Positions 21,071 through 31,798 are shown, counted from the first letter of the stretch. The stretch: 64,000 nt of DNA from Nitrospirales bacterium (GCA_963555755.3 OY820905.2:32001-96000); one strand, 5' to 3'. The notes: generated from the sequence alone by a model not told the origin. Program-made: numbers and translations.

Positions 21071-21349
21071 TCAATGATAATCTTCAAAGTCGACATCCAA
21101 GGCATGGCCTTCCTTACACCGGAAGGTAATCCGCCAGTTGGCACGCACGGTAACACTCCACGTACCTTTCCGGTTGCCTTTCAGCTCATGTAGATTAAAG
21201 GAATGAAGGGCCATGTCACCAATATGCTCGGCTGCATTTAACTGAGTCAGGATATATTTGATCCGTTCGACCATATCCCGTGGCAACCGACGGGAATCAT
21301 CCTGTTCAACACAGCGTTTTAACCCTCGATGTTTAAAGCTTTCAATCAC
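21071..21349 (-). CDS. higB: HigB/RelE-family toxin
   Basis: MIESFKHRGLK...LHELKGNRKGTWSVTVRANWRITF...DFEDYH. Confidence 0.92.
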   Translation of the reverse strand: MIESFKHRGLKRCVEQDDSRRLPRDMVERIKYILTQLNAAEHIGDMALHSFNLHELKGNRKGTWSVTVRANWRITFRCKEGHALDVDFEDYH

Positions 21350-21355
21350 GCCTAC

Positions 21356-21384
21356 ACTGTAAAGTGTCGCGCAACACCTGTCAA
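21356..21384 (-). promoter_or_regulatory. Sigma70-type higBA promoter with operator palindrome
   Basis: TTGACA-N17-TACAGT with GTGTTGCGCGACAC in the spacer. Confidence 0.7.
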
Positions 21385-21724
21385 TAAAACCAAGGCGCTG
21401 GCCGCTCTCCTTTTTTGAAGGGGGACATTATCACGAAAACCTTAAATCTTTCGCAATTTCCTTCAATAAGCTGCTTGGCTCAGTGCAGGTGGTCAGCTCA
21501 CGGTTGAGGGGATCATGCCGCTTTCTGTTGAGCTTATTGCCACAAGTGCAGAAGGTTCAGAGCTACCACAAAGCGGAAAACCGTCAATGAAGGGCACCTC
21601 TACAAACCAGGCATTGTTTGTGAGGGCAAGGAAGCCGCGCGCGCAAAACCGGAGTGTATGAGCGAATACATGAGGATTTGAGCACGCGGCTAACGCCGCC
21701 ATCACGGAAAAGGACGGTTTTTAG

Positions 21725-22520
21725 GGTTCTGTCGCAAATACTCGACCGAGACGAAAAAGTTTTGAGGTATTGCCTGTACTACGCAGCGAGTGCATAGAAC
21801 AGTTCTGCGGGAGATTTCTTGTTTCCCACCAACGTTTTCATCTGGCCTTTCTTGATCATCGCCATGACTTCAATGCCCGTTAACGTCCTTTGGGCCGCAT
21901 AAAAGGTTTTGAAGCCTAACATCGGTCGCGTGAGCCTTTTGATGCGTCGGTGGTCTTGCTCGATAATATTGTTCAGATATTTGCACTGGCGGATTTTAAT
22001 GCGTTTGTTATGGTCTCGATTCAACTGGTTCAGACTGGCTTGGTTGGCACCACTTTGATCAATATTCACCAGACTGGGTTTTCCGTTTTGAACAATCGCT
22101 TTTTTCAAAAAGCGTAAGGCCGCCTTGGTATCTCGTGTGGCCGTCAAGAGAAAGTCGATCGTCTGCCCGTGCTTATCAACCGCTCGATAATAATATGTCC
22201 ATTGGCCTTTTATTTTGACGTATGTTTCATCCATTCTCCATCGATTGCCAATGCGTTTCTTCTTTTGTCGAAAGGCCGCATCCAATTGTGGAGAATAATG
22301 AAGGACCCAGCGATTGATGGTGCTGTGATCCACAGTGAAACCCCGTTCGGCCATCATTTCTTCAATATTCCGATAACTGAGAGCATACGCGAGATACCAA
22401 CGAACGCTTTGGAGGATCATGTCGTGTTGAAAATGTTGGCCTTTGAAGGATATCGTTGGCATATCAGGTCTCCTTTGAAAAGACCTCATGCTACCACATC
22501 AAGCTATCTGCGACAGAACC
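21725..22520 (-). mobile_element. IS6-family IS, type B (796 bp)
   Basis: IRs GGTTCTGTCGCA(A/G)ATA; encodes an IS6 transposase. Confidence 0.95.
21779..22462 (-). CDS. IS6-family transposase (IS26/IS240-like)
   Basis: FKGQHF, WRMDETYVKIKG, YRAVDKHG, KYLNNIIEQDHR. Confidence 0.95.
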   Translation of the reverse strand: MPTISFKGQHFQHDMILQSVRWYLAYALSYRNIEEMMAERGFTVDHSTINRWVLHYSPQLDAAFRQKKKRIGNRWRMDETYVKIKGQWTYYYRAVDKHGQTIDFLLTATRDTKAALRFLKKAIVQNGKPSLVNIDQSGANQASLNQLNRDHNKRIKIRQCKYLNNIIEQDHRRIKRLTRPMLGFKTFYAAQRTLTGIEVMAMIKKGQMKTLVGNKKSPAELFYALAA

Positions 22521-22682
22521 ATTTTTCTAACCATTTGATATTTAAAAGTAAATTGCTATTTCTCGATTGCATGCCCAATCATATTTTTCCTCACGGAAAT
22601 CCTTTAAAAGTCTGATAGTAATGGTGTTTGGGCGGTTCGAAAAATATCTTCAAAGCTTTTGAATGGCCGGTCACAATTTTTG

Positions 22683-23015
22683 TTAAGCAAAGACTACCTC
22701 TTGGAGTTTTTCTCCTCTGCGCCGAGGGCTGACCTTGACGGTCACTTTCTGATCGAGTTTATTCAAAAAGCTCATGAGCCGCGCTTCGGAAAACCGATGA
22801 TACCGCGCATTCATCAGTAGGGAGACTTCGGCTTGTCCAATTTCTAAAGTTTCTTGCACGTCTTTTTGTTTTTTCAGTCCACGGCCCTTCAGAATTTTTA
22901 GAATTTGAGAGCCGAGTTCTGCCCGCATTAACAGGCTATCAGCATCTTTCAAGCCTAAGTCGGCAAACACATTGCCGGAACTTTCCTCAAATTCTATTTT
23001 CCCTTTTTTCTTCAT
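22683..23015 (-). CDS. XRE-type HTH antitoxin
   Basis: SSGNVFADLGL motif; overlaps the toxin stop codon. Confidence 0.88.
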   Translation of the reverse strand: MKKKGKIEFEESSGNVFADLGLKDADSLLMRAELGSQILKILKGRGLKKQKDVQETLEIGQAEVSLLMNARYHRFSEARLMSFLNKLDQKVTVKVSPRRRGEKLQEVVFA

Positions 23016-23395
23016 GACGGATACTCCTTTTCTAGTTCCAGGGCTTCTTTATAGCGCCGTGCAATCAAATCGACATCTTTTTTCGATGTGGCTATTCCTT
23101 TTGTACTTTTCTTTTGAAACGCGTGCAGAACATAGAGACGCGTTCCAAATTGAACGACATAGACTAGCCGGTATGTATTCGTTTCAAAGTCGTCTTTAAT
23201 TTCAAATACTCCACTGGCAATACCTTTAAAGGATTTTCCGTGTGGCGGCTTCTCACCTTTTTGTGCAAGATATAATTCACCGCCCATTTGTTTTTGCACG
23301 TCTTCCGGCATTTTCTTGAGTTGCTTTTTACTATCTCCAACCCATACAACAGGCCGGATCGTGTCAGTCTTAGCCAAAAGCATTCTCCTTACCAA
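23012..23395 (-). CDS. RelE/Gp49-like toxin (start uncertain)
   Basis: VVWVGDS...GVFEIKDD...TYRLVY...LYVLHAFQKKS. Confidence 0.88.
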   Translation of the reverse strand: MVRRMLLAKTDTIRPVVWVGDSKKQLKKMPEDVQKQMGGELYLAQKGEKPPHGKSFKGIASGVFEIKDDFETNTYRLVYVVQFGTRLYVLHAFQKKSTKGIATSKKDVDLIARRYKEALELEKEYPS

Positions 23396-23404
23396 ACTAT
23401 TTAT

Positions 23405-23433
23405 AGGATATTACAATATTGTAATATTTGCAA
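23405..23433 (-). promoter_or_regulatory. TA promoter overlapped by a perfect 20-bp palindrome
   Basis: TTGCAA-N17-TATCCT; ATATTACAATATTGTAATAT at 23408-23427. Confidence 0.7.
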
Positions 23434-23547
23434 TAAAAAACATCAAAAATAGGCATTTATTAGCAAAGAGTTAAATAGGATTCTAACGAAGTGCCCTGAA
23501 GAATAGAATTCCATTCTTCAAGAGTTTCGAATAAGCGGTTCGAACTG

Positions 23548-23568
23548 ATTCCTGCCGGGCGCGCCAAA
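23548..23568 (+). repeat. att-like direct repeat of the tRNA-Arg 3' end
   Basis: ATTCCTGCCGGGCGCGCCAAA is identical to 20561-20581. Confidence 0.9.
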
Positions 23569-24056
23569 AATCCATTAAAAATCTTGATCTTAAAATTCCA
23601 GGGTAAATCGAAAAATGGTCAGTGGCCTAAAAGGACCGTTTCATATTTCCCCAGGCTGGTCAACATGCGATTGTAATTCGGAAGTAATTGACTTGTTTGC
23701 GAATTTATTCCATAAACCATCTATTCACCTAAATAGCACCTGGTTAAACGGGACGAAAGACCCTCGTTTTTTGGGGTCTTTCCGGTCTAGCAAATGGGCC
23801 TTTCGGTTGATTGCGGCAGGAATAAAATCTCATTAGAATACAGGGTTCTGTGTCCCGATCGCCGCGAATTATTCACACTCACATCGGTTTGGTCACTACC
23901 AATTTGGTTTTAGGCCGAACTCGGGAATGGGCCTGCTAAAAAATAGCTCGCTCGAACGCTAGGCAAGGGCTTGTCCTCTTGAAGAACTCAAAGGGTTGGC
24001 CCAAGAAAATGAATGAAATATCTTGTCTCAAATAATTATTGAAGGGGGAAATACCG

Positions 24057-26294
24057 ATGTCAGCAGAACCGGATATTATTTACACAAAAGTGGATGAAGC
24101 GCCTGAGCTGGCGAGTGCATCGTTTTTACCGATTATTCAATCCTTTGCCAAAACCGCTGGGGTGAACGTTGGCACGAAAGATATTTCGCTGGCGGGCCGA
24201 ATTATTGCGCAATTCCCGGATAGATTGAAACCGGAACAACGCCAACCCGATGACCTGGCGTTACTGGGTGAAATTGTTATGACGGCGGAATCCAATGTCA
24301 TCAAGCTTCCGAATATCAGTGCCTCCCTTCCTCAAATCCATGCGGTTGTGACCGAGTTACAATCCCACGGCTATGCCATCCCGGATTACCCTGAAGATCC
24401 ACAAAATGATGAAGAAAAGAACATCAAAGCTAAGTTTGACAAGGTGAAGGGCAGCGCGGTCAATCCAGTGTTGCGACAAGGTAACTCGGATCGTCGGGCC
24501 GCCACCTCGGTCAAACAATATGCACAAAAGCATCCTCACAGAATGGGCAAGTGGACGAAGGACTCAAAAACACATGTGGTGCACATGACCGGTGGAGACT
24601 TCTTTGCCAACGAAAAGTCGGTGACTATTACCGAGCAATCTGCGGGAAAAGGGCGAATTGAATTTGTGGGTGCGGACGGCAACACTACCGTGTTGAAAGA
24701 TAAGGTCACGTTCGACAAAGGTGATGTGGTCGATGCCACGAAGATGAGCGCCAGCGCGTTACGTCAGTTTTTCAAGGACCAAATTGAAGATGCCAAGAAA
24801 GATCCTGATGTGGTGCTGGCGTTGCACTTGAAGGCCACTATGATGAAAGTTTCGGATCCCATCATGTTTGGTCATGCCGTGACGGTGTATTTTGAAGATG
24901 TGTTTACGAAACATGAAAAGGTGTTCAATGATCTTGGCGTGAATCCTAATAATGGGCTGGGCGATGTGTACGCCAAAATCGGCAAATTGCCCTCTGCCCA
25001 ACAAGACGAAATCAAAGCGGACATTCAATCGGCGCTGAAGAATGGGCCTGACCTCGCGATGGTGGATTCGGACAAAGGCATCACGAATCTCCATGTGCCG
25101 AGTGACATCATTATCGATGCGTCGATGGCCGCGTCGATTCGCGCCTCTGGGAAAATGTGGGGCCCGGATGGGAATGAACATGATGCCAAGGACATGATCC
25201 CTGACCGTTGCTATGCCGGCGTGTATCAAGCTGTCATCGAATTTTGTCAGGAGAATGGCGAATTTAATCCTGCCACGATGGGCAGTGTGCCCAATGTCGG
25301 GTTGATGGCTCAAAAGGCGGAGGAGTACGGATCGCACGACAAGACATTTGAAGCCTCTGGCAAGGGAACTATCCGTATTATTGATGGTGCGGGCAAGGTG
25401 TTGCTTCAGCAGGATGTTGAGAAAGGGGATATCTTCCGCTGCTGCACAGTCAAGGATATTCCGATTCAAGATTGGGTGAAGCTGGCCGTGAATCGGGCAC
25501 GAGCCTCCTCAACGCCAGTCATCTTCTGGTTGGATAAAACCAGGGCACACGACGCGCAGATAATTGAAAAACTGAATCGCTATTTAAAAGATCACGATAC
25601 GAACGGTCTCGACATTCAAATCATGGCGCCCGTAGATGCCATGAAGCTTTCTCTCCAAACTGCCAAAGACGGAAAAGACACCATTTCCGCCACAGGCAAT
25701 GTGCTGCGGGATTATCTCACCGACTTGTTCCCAATCTTGGAATTGGGCACCAGTGCTAAAATGTTATCAATCGTTCCACTCATTAATGGCGGTGGATTAT
25801 TTGAAACCGGTGCCGGCGGATCGGCCCCGAAACATGTGCAGCAATTCTTAAAAGAAGGTCATTTACGCTGGGATTCACTGGGCGAATTTTTAGCGCTGAC
25901 CGAGTCCTTCGCGCATCTAGGTAAATTTAAAAATAACAAAAAAGCTCAGATGCTAGCAGCTACGCTGGATAAAGCTACCGGCAAGCTCATGGAAAACCGC
26001 AAGTCACCAGGACGTGTGCTGGGCGAGTTGGACAATTCAGGAAGCCATGTCTACGAAGCGATGTATTGGGCCCAAGAACTTGCCGCACAGAATGACGATG
26101 CGGACCTCAAAGCAAAGTTTGCTCCAGTCGCCAAAGAACTTGAAGCCAACATTGATAAGATTCTTGAAGAATTGAAAACCGTTAAAGGCAAGGCCGTGGA
26201 TATCGGTGGCTATTACCACCCCTGTCCAGACAAAGTGAAAGCCGGCATGCGCCCGAGTGCCACACTGAACAACATCTTGGCGACATTGGGTTAA
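24057..26294 (+). CDS. icd: Monomeric NADP-dependent isocitrate dehydrogenase
   Basis: [49 protein letters not shown]. Confidence 0.97.
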   Translation: MSAEPDIIYTKVDEAPELASASFLPIIQSFAKTAGVNVGTKDISLAGRIIAQFPDRLKPEQRQPDDLALLGEIVMTAESNVIKLPNISASLPQIHAVVTELQSHGYAIPDYPEDPQNDEEKNIKAKFDKVKGSAVNPVLRQGNSDRRAATSVKQYAQKHPHRMGKWTKDSKTHVVHMTGGDFFANEKSVTITEQSAGKGRIEFVGADGNTTVLKDKVTFDKGDVVDATKMSASALRQFFKDQIEDAKKDPDVVLALHLKATMMKVSDPIMFGHAVTVYFEDVFTKHEKVFNDLGVNPNNGLGDVYAKIGKLPSAQQDEIKADIQSALKNGPDLAMVDSDKGITNLHVPSDIIIDASMAASIRASGKMWGPDGNEHDAKDMIPDRCYAGVYQAVIEFCQENGEFNPATMGSVPNVGLMAQKAEEYGSHDKTFEASGKGTIRIIDGAGKVLLQQDVEKGDIFRCCTVKDIPIQDWVKLAVNRARASSTPVIFWLDKTRAHDAQIIEKLNRYLKDHDTNGLDIQIMAPVDAMKLSLQTAKDGKDTISATGNVLRDYLTDLFPILELGTSAKMLSIVPLINGGGLFETGAGGSAPKHVQQFLKEGHLRWDSLGEFLALTESFAHLGKFKNNKKAQMLAATLDKATGKLMENRKSPGRVLGELDNSGSHVYEAMYWAQELAAQNDDADLKAKFAPVAKELEANIDKILEELKTVKGKAVDIGGYYHPCPDKVKAGMRPSATLNNILATLG

Positions 26295-26316
26295 ACCAAG
26301 CCCAATTAACCAGACG

Positions 26317-26354
26317 AGCCCTGGCAAATGGAATTTGCCAGGGCTCTTTTTTTT
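26317..26354 (+). terminator. Rho-independent terminator of icd
   Basis: GAGCCCTGGCAAAT-GGA-ATTTGCCAGGGCTC followed by a T run. Confidence 0.9.
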
Positions 26355-26395
26355 GCCTTGCAAGATTTAGTAACGATAGCAGAGGAACTTCGAAG

Positions 26396-27145
26396 TTATT
26401 CGGATGAAACCCTGGATAATCTGGACCCTTTTCTCTCAATCTTCTTGATAGGCTTGGTGGCTAAAACATTTGTGGCACGCGATGCGAAATCGGCGAAGGT
26501 TACTGCCAAATTTGCTCGACGCTGTGCTTCAATTCTATATCGGTCCAATTTTTTGCCATCAAATGATGGACCAATAAATAATCCACTGTAATCAATCATT
26601 GCATGAGAGTCCACTGTAAGTATGGAAACGTGGCTATACATATTGTAAAAGTCAATATTGCCTTTTAGAAATTTGAGAAGGCCTGAGCTTAACCCCATAT
26701 CTTTACCGTGTCGCAATAGATCGCGACACGCCTTATTGAGAGAATATTTGTTTTCAGCGATTTGGTCTATGATATTTAATCTTCGATCAGCACATAAAAA
26801 CGCTAAGCAAATTGATTCGTAAACTTGTCGTTGCGTTTCGCCTGCAGGGGCTAGGTAGCCTGATATGAAGAGCTTCATTGATGTAAAATGAAGCGTAATC
26901 GCGGCGAAGATATATGATGAGCAATAAGCTGCTCGTTTACTCGTCTTTACCGTATCTCGCCATTCCTTCCATTGCTCAAGGGCCTTACCCCTTCCTTCCA
27001 CGAACTGAGATATTTCTATTGGAAAACTCTTGATGTATAGGCTCCGTATGGAGGAATCATCTTCCATTAGTAGCTTAAGGTATTGATCCTGAATGTTTTC
27101 GGTATTCTCGGACATTTGGATGAGGGTCAGTTCTTTCGGTGCCAA
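26396..27145 (-). CDS. Hypothetical protein (AT-rich)
   Basis: 249-aa ORF; no family confidently recognised. Confidence 0.6.
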   Translation of the reverse strand: MAPKELTLIQMSENTENIQDQYLKLLMEDDSSIRSLYIKSFPIEISQFVEGRGKALEQWKEWRDTVKTSKRAAYCSSYIFAAITLHFTSMKLFISGYLAPAGETQRQVYESICLAFLCADRRLNIIDQIAENKYSLNKACRDLLRHGKDMGLSSGLLKFLKGNIDFYNMYSHVSILTVDSHAMIDYSGLFIGPSFDGKKLDRYRIEAQRRANLAVTFADFASRATNVLATKPIKKIERKGSRLSRVSSE

Positions 27146-27227
27146 ATATAAAATCCAGCAGTTTGGGTTCTCGCGGTAAGGTTCTGGTTTTCGAAAATCT
27201 TTTGGTTTCAGGCGTAACGGATTTTTC

Positions 27228-27638
27228 CTAGTCCAACTCTTTTACAAGTGCAACGGGAGTCGCCACTCTCAGAGGAGCGCGTGCGTAGTCACGAATGTTT
27301 CGTGTGGCAATGACATCGGCGCCACAAGCCATGGCGGCGGCGACTTGCATGGCGTCTTCAAAGTCCTTCATGGGCAATTGGCAAGCGGCGTGAAAGCTTT
27401 CTCGCGTGGCAGGGGCAATATCAATGAATCGTATCAGATCGTCGAGATAATCACGGGCCTGATAGGCGCCTTTGGTCGGCGTCACAAGATAGTAGAAATT
27501 CGAAAGACTGTGCCACGCGACAAATCCTGTGCCATGACGATTTTCCAAAGCCTCTAGCAATTTGGTGGAGCCTTCGACGTGTGGTGTTCGGTTGAGTGCG
27601 ATGTCAATCAAGACATCCGTATCTAACAGGACAATCAT
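27228..27638 (-). CDS. PIN-domain (VapC-like) toxin
   Basis: VLLDTDVLID...DFEDAMQVAAA...IATRNIRDY. Confidence 0.9.
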   Translation of the reverse strand: MIVLLDTDVLIDIALNRTPHVEGSTKLLEALENRHGTGFVAWHSLSNFYYLVTPTKGAYQARDYLDDLIRFIDIAPATRESFHAACQLPMKDFEDAMQVAAAMACGADVIATRNIRDYARAPLRVATPVALVKELD

Positions 27639-27856
27639 AGATATTTTTTTGCCAGTCGTCGGTAGCGGTCATCTTGTCGAGATGCGGGCGTAAACCGTCC
27701 TCGCCACTTGCTGGCGAAAGATGGATTTTTCTGTGTACTCATGTCACGGAGTGCGGTCTCAATGAGCTGAGAGAGGGAAAGCCCTTGGGCACGGGCATAC
27801 TGTTTGGCTTTTGGGAGTAATTCTTCATCAATCGTGACAGTCAATTTGGTTTTCAT
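27635..27856 (-). CDS. Ribbon-helix-helix antitoxin
   Basis: MKTKLTVTIDEELLPKAKQYA...SLSQLIE; ATGA overlap with the toxin. Confidence 0.88.
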   Translation of the reverse strand: MKTKLTVTIDEELLPKAKQYARAQGLSLSQLIETALRDMSTQKNPSFASKWRGRFTPASRQDDRYRRLAKKYL

Positions 27857-27866
27857 GTTGATCTCC

Positions 27867-27915
27867 GTATACGTATATTAAAACAAAGTATACGTGTACT
27901 TGTCTGATATGGCAA
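27867..27915 (-). promoter_or_regulatory. TA promoter with repeated GTATAC palindromes
   Basis: TTGCCA-N17-TATACT; GTATACGT occurs twice. Confidence 0.65.
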
Positions 27916-28078
27916 TCTCATCTGAGATTCCGTTCAGCGGCCTGGTGAGACGATCGTTGTTTTAAAGTGGGAATAGGGTTGAGTGTTGCATTAACTCATG
28001 ATTTCTATTATGCCTATCTGGTGCCAATAATGATGAGCAGTAGTCACGGTTTTCTTTTTTCCGTTTGCTTTATGCCGA

Positions 28079-28300
28079 TTGCCTATGTGTCTGTTATGTC
28101 ATGCTCTCAACCTAAATAAGGCCTATCATCAGGACACTCACCGAAAATGTTATTCTTGCGAAACCTGTCATTTAGTCTTTGTCCCACCTGAATATTGTCT
28201 TTCTGCGGAAGCAGTAAAGGCTGGCTACGACCATCATCAATATTCACCTGATGATCCAGTTTGTCGGTGTTTATTGAGCCGACTCTTTCCATTTCATATT
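28079..28300 (+). pseudogene. Truncated zinc-ribbon/class I methyltransferase gene
   Basis: CLLC...YSCETCHLVFV...YDHHQYSPDDP N-terminus; no SAM-binding domain follows. Confidence 0.55.
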
Positions 28301-28346
28301 CAATTTTTCGGCAATTCGTGCATTGAATGTCTTGGGTATGCGATGT

Positions 28347-28528
28347 AAGGTTTTGTCTCCTTGATAAATTCCACTATATTTCAGGGCACCATCTTATTGA
28401 TTTGGGAATAGAGAGACGATAGAGGTAGTTCCAAGAGATTTTCACGATTCCATGGTTTGCTCTAAGTGATGCATAATTTACAGTGGGATGTTAAAAGCTT
28501 TCAGGAACTGTCGGTCAGTCAATTTTTT
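28347..28528 (+). repeat. Imperfect duplicate of the elaA upstream region and first codons
   Basis: Alignable with about 29631-29802, including ATGCATAATTTAC..TGGGATGTTAAAAG. Confidence 0.85.
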
Positions 28529-28530
28529 TT

Positions 28531-28586
28531 CACCATGCACACCAATTTCTTACACGGCTTTTTTTTCGCCCAACTGCCGTTTCTAG
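28531..28586. mobile_element. Half of MITE family A
   Basis: Matches 46188-46243; ends CAACTGCCGTTTCTAG. Confidence 0.75.
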
Positions 28587-28645
28587 GTTAAATGACCGAA
28601 ACACCTTACCCAACCTCGCGTCGATCGTTAATTGGGGGCAGGCTT

Positions 28646-29146
28646 CTAGATATCTGAAGGGCTAAAAACTAGAATGTCTTTAATAGGATGAAAGCGCTTA
28701 TCGGCTGAGACGAGGGCATCGGCTTGGATGCGAAGGGCTACGGCAAGGATAATGGAGTCATTGGTCATAAGCCCGTGCTGAGTTTGGAGGGCAAGGGCAG
28801 TCTCGACTGTATCGTTTTGAGTGCAAGCTTCGAACTTAAGGCCAAGTGTTATCAAGGCACGGACCTTCTCCTTGTACATCCCAAGACTCTTAATGAGCTG
28901 TGGCGTATCCGAGAGCTGCCGTGCAGGGTGGCGACCTTTTATATGCCCAAGCATGAAGGCTTCGGCTAACATCAGTTTATGGGAAAGCTCTTGCCAGATC
29001 GGTTGGGGGAGGACTCCCAGTACCTCACCATTTCCAATGCGATGTAGGAGGCGCTGGGCTTGAGGTGACGTTCCCTGTTCAGCGTACAACAAGATGTTGG
29101 TATCCAGTACGCAAAGACTTCCGGGTGCGATTTGATCCAGATTCAT
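28646..29146 (-). CDS. PIN-domain (VapC-like) toxin
   Basis: VLDTNILLYA...LMTNDSIILA...LVSADKRF; TGATG coupling with the antitoxin. Confidence 0.88.
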   Translation of the reverse strand: MNLDQIAPGSLCVLDTNILLYAEQGTSPQAQRLLHRIGNGEVLGVLPQPIWQELSHKLMLAEAFMLGHIKGRHPARQLSDTPQLIKSLGMYKEKVRALITLGLKFEACTQNDTVETALALQTQHGLMTNDSIILAVALRIQADALVSADKRFHPIKDILVFSPSDI

Positions 29147-29385
29147 CAATCCCAACAATCTTCTTCTAGAATCTGACGGAACTGTCCGCGCGAGAGCTTG
29201 AGGGGGCGTTCGCAAAACATGTGATAAGCAGCCTCGCGCTCCTTTTGCGAGGATGCTTGTCCATTCAGGTAGGAGGTGAGCGCTTCTTCGATGATTTCAT
29301 AGAGTGGCCGACCTTCTTCTGCTGCTCGCCGTTTGGCCAGGCGCATGACTTTTTCTTCAATTAAGGTGCCGAGTTTCTGTCTCAT
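29146..29385 (-). CDS. Ribbon-helix-helix-like antitoxin
   Basis: MRQKLGTLIEEKVMRLAKRRAAEEGRPLYEIIEEAL; upstream TTGACA-N17-TAATCT at 29433-29461. Confidence 0.8.
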   Translation of the reverse strand: MRQKLGTLIEEKVMRLAKRRAAEEGRPLYEIIEEALTSYLNGQASSQKEREAAYHMFCERPLKLSRGQFRQILEEDCWD

Positions 29386-29742
29386 CAGTGTCCCCCTGAG
29401 CTTACAGCACTTGTCGATTTCCCTATTTAAGAAGATTAAAGAAGAAATCTAGATATGTCAAGATTTTGTTGCCTCTAGGCATATTTTGTCCATTCATAAT
29501 AAAATCCCGCCAGCAGGGGGAGTATTAAAAGGAAGCAGTATGATTGGAAAATCCCCCTCACCCCCTTTTCCAAAGGGGGGATCTCAAGGGTTACCCAGTT
29601 TCTCTGCAATTTGGGCTGGTTATGATATGAAAGGTTTTGTTTCCTTGATAAAATTCCACTATATTTCAGGGCACCATCTTAATGATTTGGATATAGAACG
29701 ACGATTGAGATAGGTCCAAGAGATTTTCACGATTTCGATATA

Positions 29743-30207
29743 ATGCATAATTTACGGTGGGATGTTAAAAGTTTTCAGGAATTGTCGGTCAGTCAATTCT
29801 TTGAGGTCCTTCAGTTACGGGTGAATGTTTTTGTGGTTGAGCAACAGTGTGCCTATCCTGAGTTGGATGAGCATGATCGACATTCTGAGACTCGGCATCT
29901 TGCAGGGCGTGATGAATCTAGACAGGTGATTGCCTATGCACGGATTCTTCCGGCGGGTCTGAGTTTTCCAGAGGTGAGTCTTGGCCGGTTTGTTGTGAGG
30001 AAGGATGCGCGTGGTCAGGGGATTGGTCATCAACTTTTGAATGTTGCGCTGAAGGAAATACAAACCAGTTGGCCGGGTCATGCCATTCGAATCTCGGCTC
30101 AAGACTATCTCGAAAAGTTTTATGGGCAATATGGCTTTACTCGGGCGTCAGATGTGTATCTTGAAGATGGTATTCGTCATGTGGAGATGGTGAAGGCATC
30201 AATGTGA
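29743..30207 (+). CDS. elaA: GNAT acetyltransferase, ElaA family
   Basis: LQLRVNVFVVEQQCAYPELD, ISAQDYLEKFY, YLEDGIRHVEM. Confidence 0.9.
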   Translation: MHNLRWDVKSFQELSVSQFFEVLQLRVNVFVVEQQCAYPELDEHDRHSETRHLAGRDESRQVIAYARILPAGLSFPEVSLGRFVVRKDARGQGIGHQLLNVALKEIQTSWPGHAIRISAQDYLEKFYGQYGFTRASDVYLEDGIRHVEMVKASM

Positions 30208-30221
30208 ATTCATCCTCTTTT

Positions 30222-30303
30222 TGTCATTTCGAGTGGAAGGAGAAATCTATCTGAGTTTTTTGTTTGAAAGGGTTCTAGATTTCTCCCTTTGGTCGAAATG
30301 ACA
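30222..30303. repeat. REP/REPIN-like inverted repeat
   Basis: TGTCATTTCGA..GGAGAAATCTA...TAGATTTCTCC..TCGAAATGACA. Confidence 0.7.
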
Positions 30304-30359
30304 ATTGGAGTTTTAACTCTGTGGCCTTTAACATTTCACTCATCTAAATTTTCAACCCT

Positions 30360-31511
30360 ATGAATTCCCTACCTCTTGGTAATCTCTCACTCGATAAGTT
30401 TCTGGCCAAGTATTGGCAAAAGAAGCCGCTGCTGGTGCGGAAGGCCTTGCCAGGATGTTTGCCGCCTATTGCGGCGGATGAATTGGCGGGGCTCGCTTGT
30501 GAGGATCAAGTTGAGTCGCGCCTGATCATCCATGATGGTAGCTGCGAGAAGTGGAAAATGACTCATGGCCCGTTTAACGATGAGACGTTCCGCATGGTGC
30601 CAGAGAAGCACTGGACTTTGCTCGTTCAAGCGGTAGACTTCTGGGTGCCTGAGGCCGCCAAATTTCTTGATCAGTTTAATTTTATCCCAACCTGGCGCGT
30701 TGATGATTTGATGATCAGCCTTTCCGGTGATGGCGGTGGGGTCGGTCCGCACTTTGATAACTATGATGTCTTTTTGGTACAGGTGAGTGGGCGTCGGCAA
30801 TGGGAAGTCGGTGGGGTGTTTGATGAACAGTCACCGCGTCGGCCTGATACCCCCGTGATGATCTTAACCGATTGGCAACCCGAAGCGAGTTGGATTCTTG
30901 AGCCTGGTGATATGTTGTATATCCCGCCTCGTGTGGGGCATAGCGGGGTGGCTGTTGGTGAGGATTGCATGACCTGTTCAGTTGGATTTCGCGCACCTTC
31001 TCATGGAGAAATCCTTCGGGAGTTTTCGGGGTTTGTCGGTGACAGATTGAGTGAGGAAGTCCGGTATGCTGATCCAGATCTTAAGCCCCAACCGCACCCT
31101 GGTCAGATTACTCCCGGTGCCTTAAAAAAAGTCCACCAAATCTTACACCAGTATATCGAAGACCAGGACCGAGTGGCGGAGTGGTTTGGTCGTTCCATGA
31201 CCACGCGAAAATATCAAGAAGAGAATCCTGTGCTCGATACCTATAGTCTTGAAGATGTCCGCAAGCATATTGTTGTAGGCGGTGTACTTATTCGAAACGA
31301 AGGTTCTCGTTTTGCCTTTCAGGAACATGGAAATGAAACATGGTTATTTGTCGATGGCCGGTTTTATCAATGTCCGGAGACACAGGCGGATTTAATCAAA
31401 TCTTTATGTGCGATACGAGATATTTGCTCTGATCATTTTTCCGGATCCGATGAAGATCTTTCTCTCCTCTTAGACCTGCTCAATCATGGGAGTCTGTATC
31501 TCTCTGACTGA
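30360..31511 (+). CDS. roxA: JmjC/cupin oxygenase, ribosomal protein uL16 hydroxylase family
   Basis: YWQKKPLL, WTLLVQAVD, WRVDDLMIS, GVGPHFDNYDVFL, LEPGDMLYIPP. Confidence 0.88.
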   Translation: MNSLPLGNLSLDKFLAKYWQKKPLLVRKALPGCLPPIAADELAGLACEDQVESRLIIHDGSCEKWKMTHGPFNDETFRMVPEKHWTLLVQAVDFWVPEAAKFLDQFNFIPTWRVDDLMISLSGDGGGVGPHFDNYDVFLVQVSGRRQWEVGGVFDEQSPRRPDTPVMILTDWQPEASWILEPGDMLYIPPRVGHSGVAVGEDCMTCSVGFRAPSHGEILREFSGFVGDRLSEEVRYADPDLKPQPHPGQITPGALKKVHQILHQYIEDQDRVAEWFGRSMTTRKYQEENPVLDTYSLEDVRKHIVVGGVLIRNEGSRFAFQEHGNETWLFVDGRFYQCPETQADLIKSLCAIRDICSDHFSGSDEDLSLLLDLLNHGSLYLSD

Positions 31512-31650
31512 ATTCTTGATCAGCTCCTTGTGTCTTCTATTGAATCCTCTGAACAATCCTGTATGCTCCCGTAGAAATTTATTTCAAAAGGCTCTCCCCC
31601 TTGAGTGTTTACGCTTTACTTGGCTACCCTGATCTTCGGAAAAATGATTC

Positions 31651-31798
31651 AGGGAATGTTGAAAAAAGCCGCCAGCGGCGTTCTCGCCCTTTTGCCGTGC
31701 TCACGTACTATGAGTACGCTCCGCTCGTCAAAATGGCTGCGGCCTTGCTGGATAGACCCTTCGGAAAGACTCAGGGCATGCTTTTTTGAACATTCCCT
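31651..31798. mobile_element. MITE with ERIC-like core and an internal REP-like hairpin
   Basis: IRs AGGGAATGTTGAAAAAAGC / GCTTTTTTGAACATTCCCT. Confidence 0.8.

Noticed and set aside
29551..29584. CCCCCTTT..AAAGGGGG hairpins (also about 35403-35433) and the nested CCCTTCGA..CTCAGGG REP-like unit at about 37934
   Set aside because: Common short palindromic repeats with no associated enzyme here; noted only
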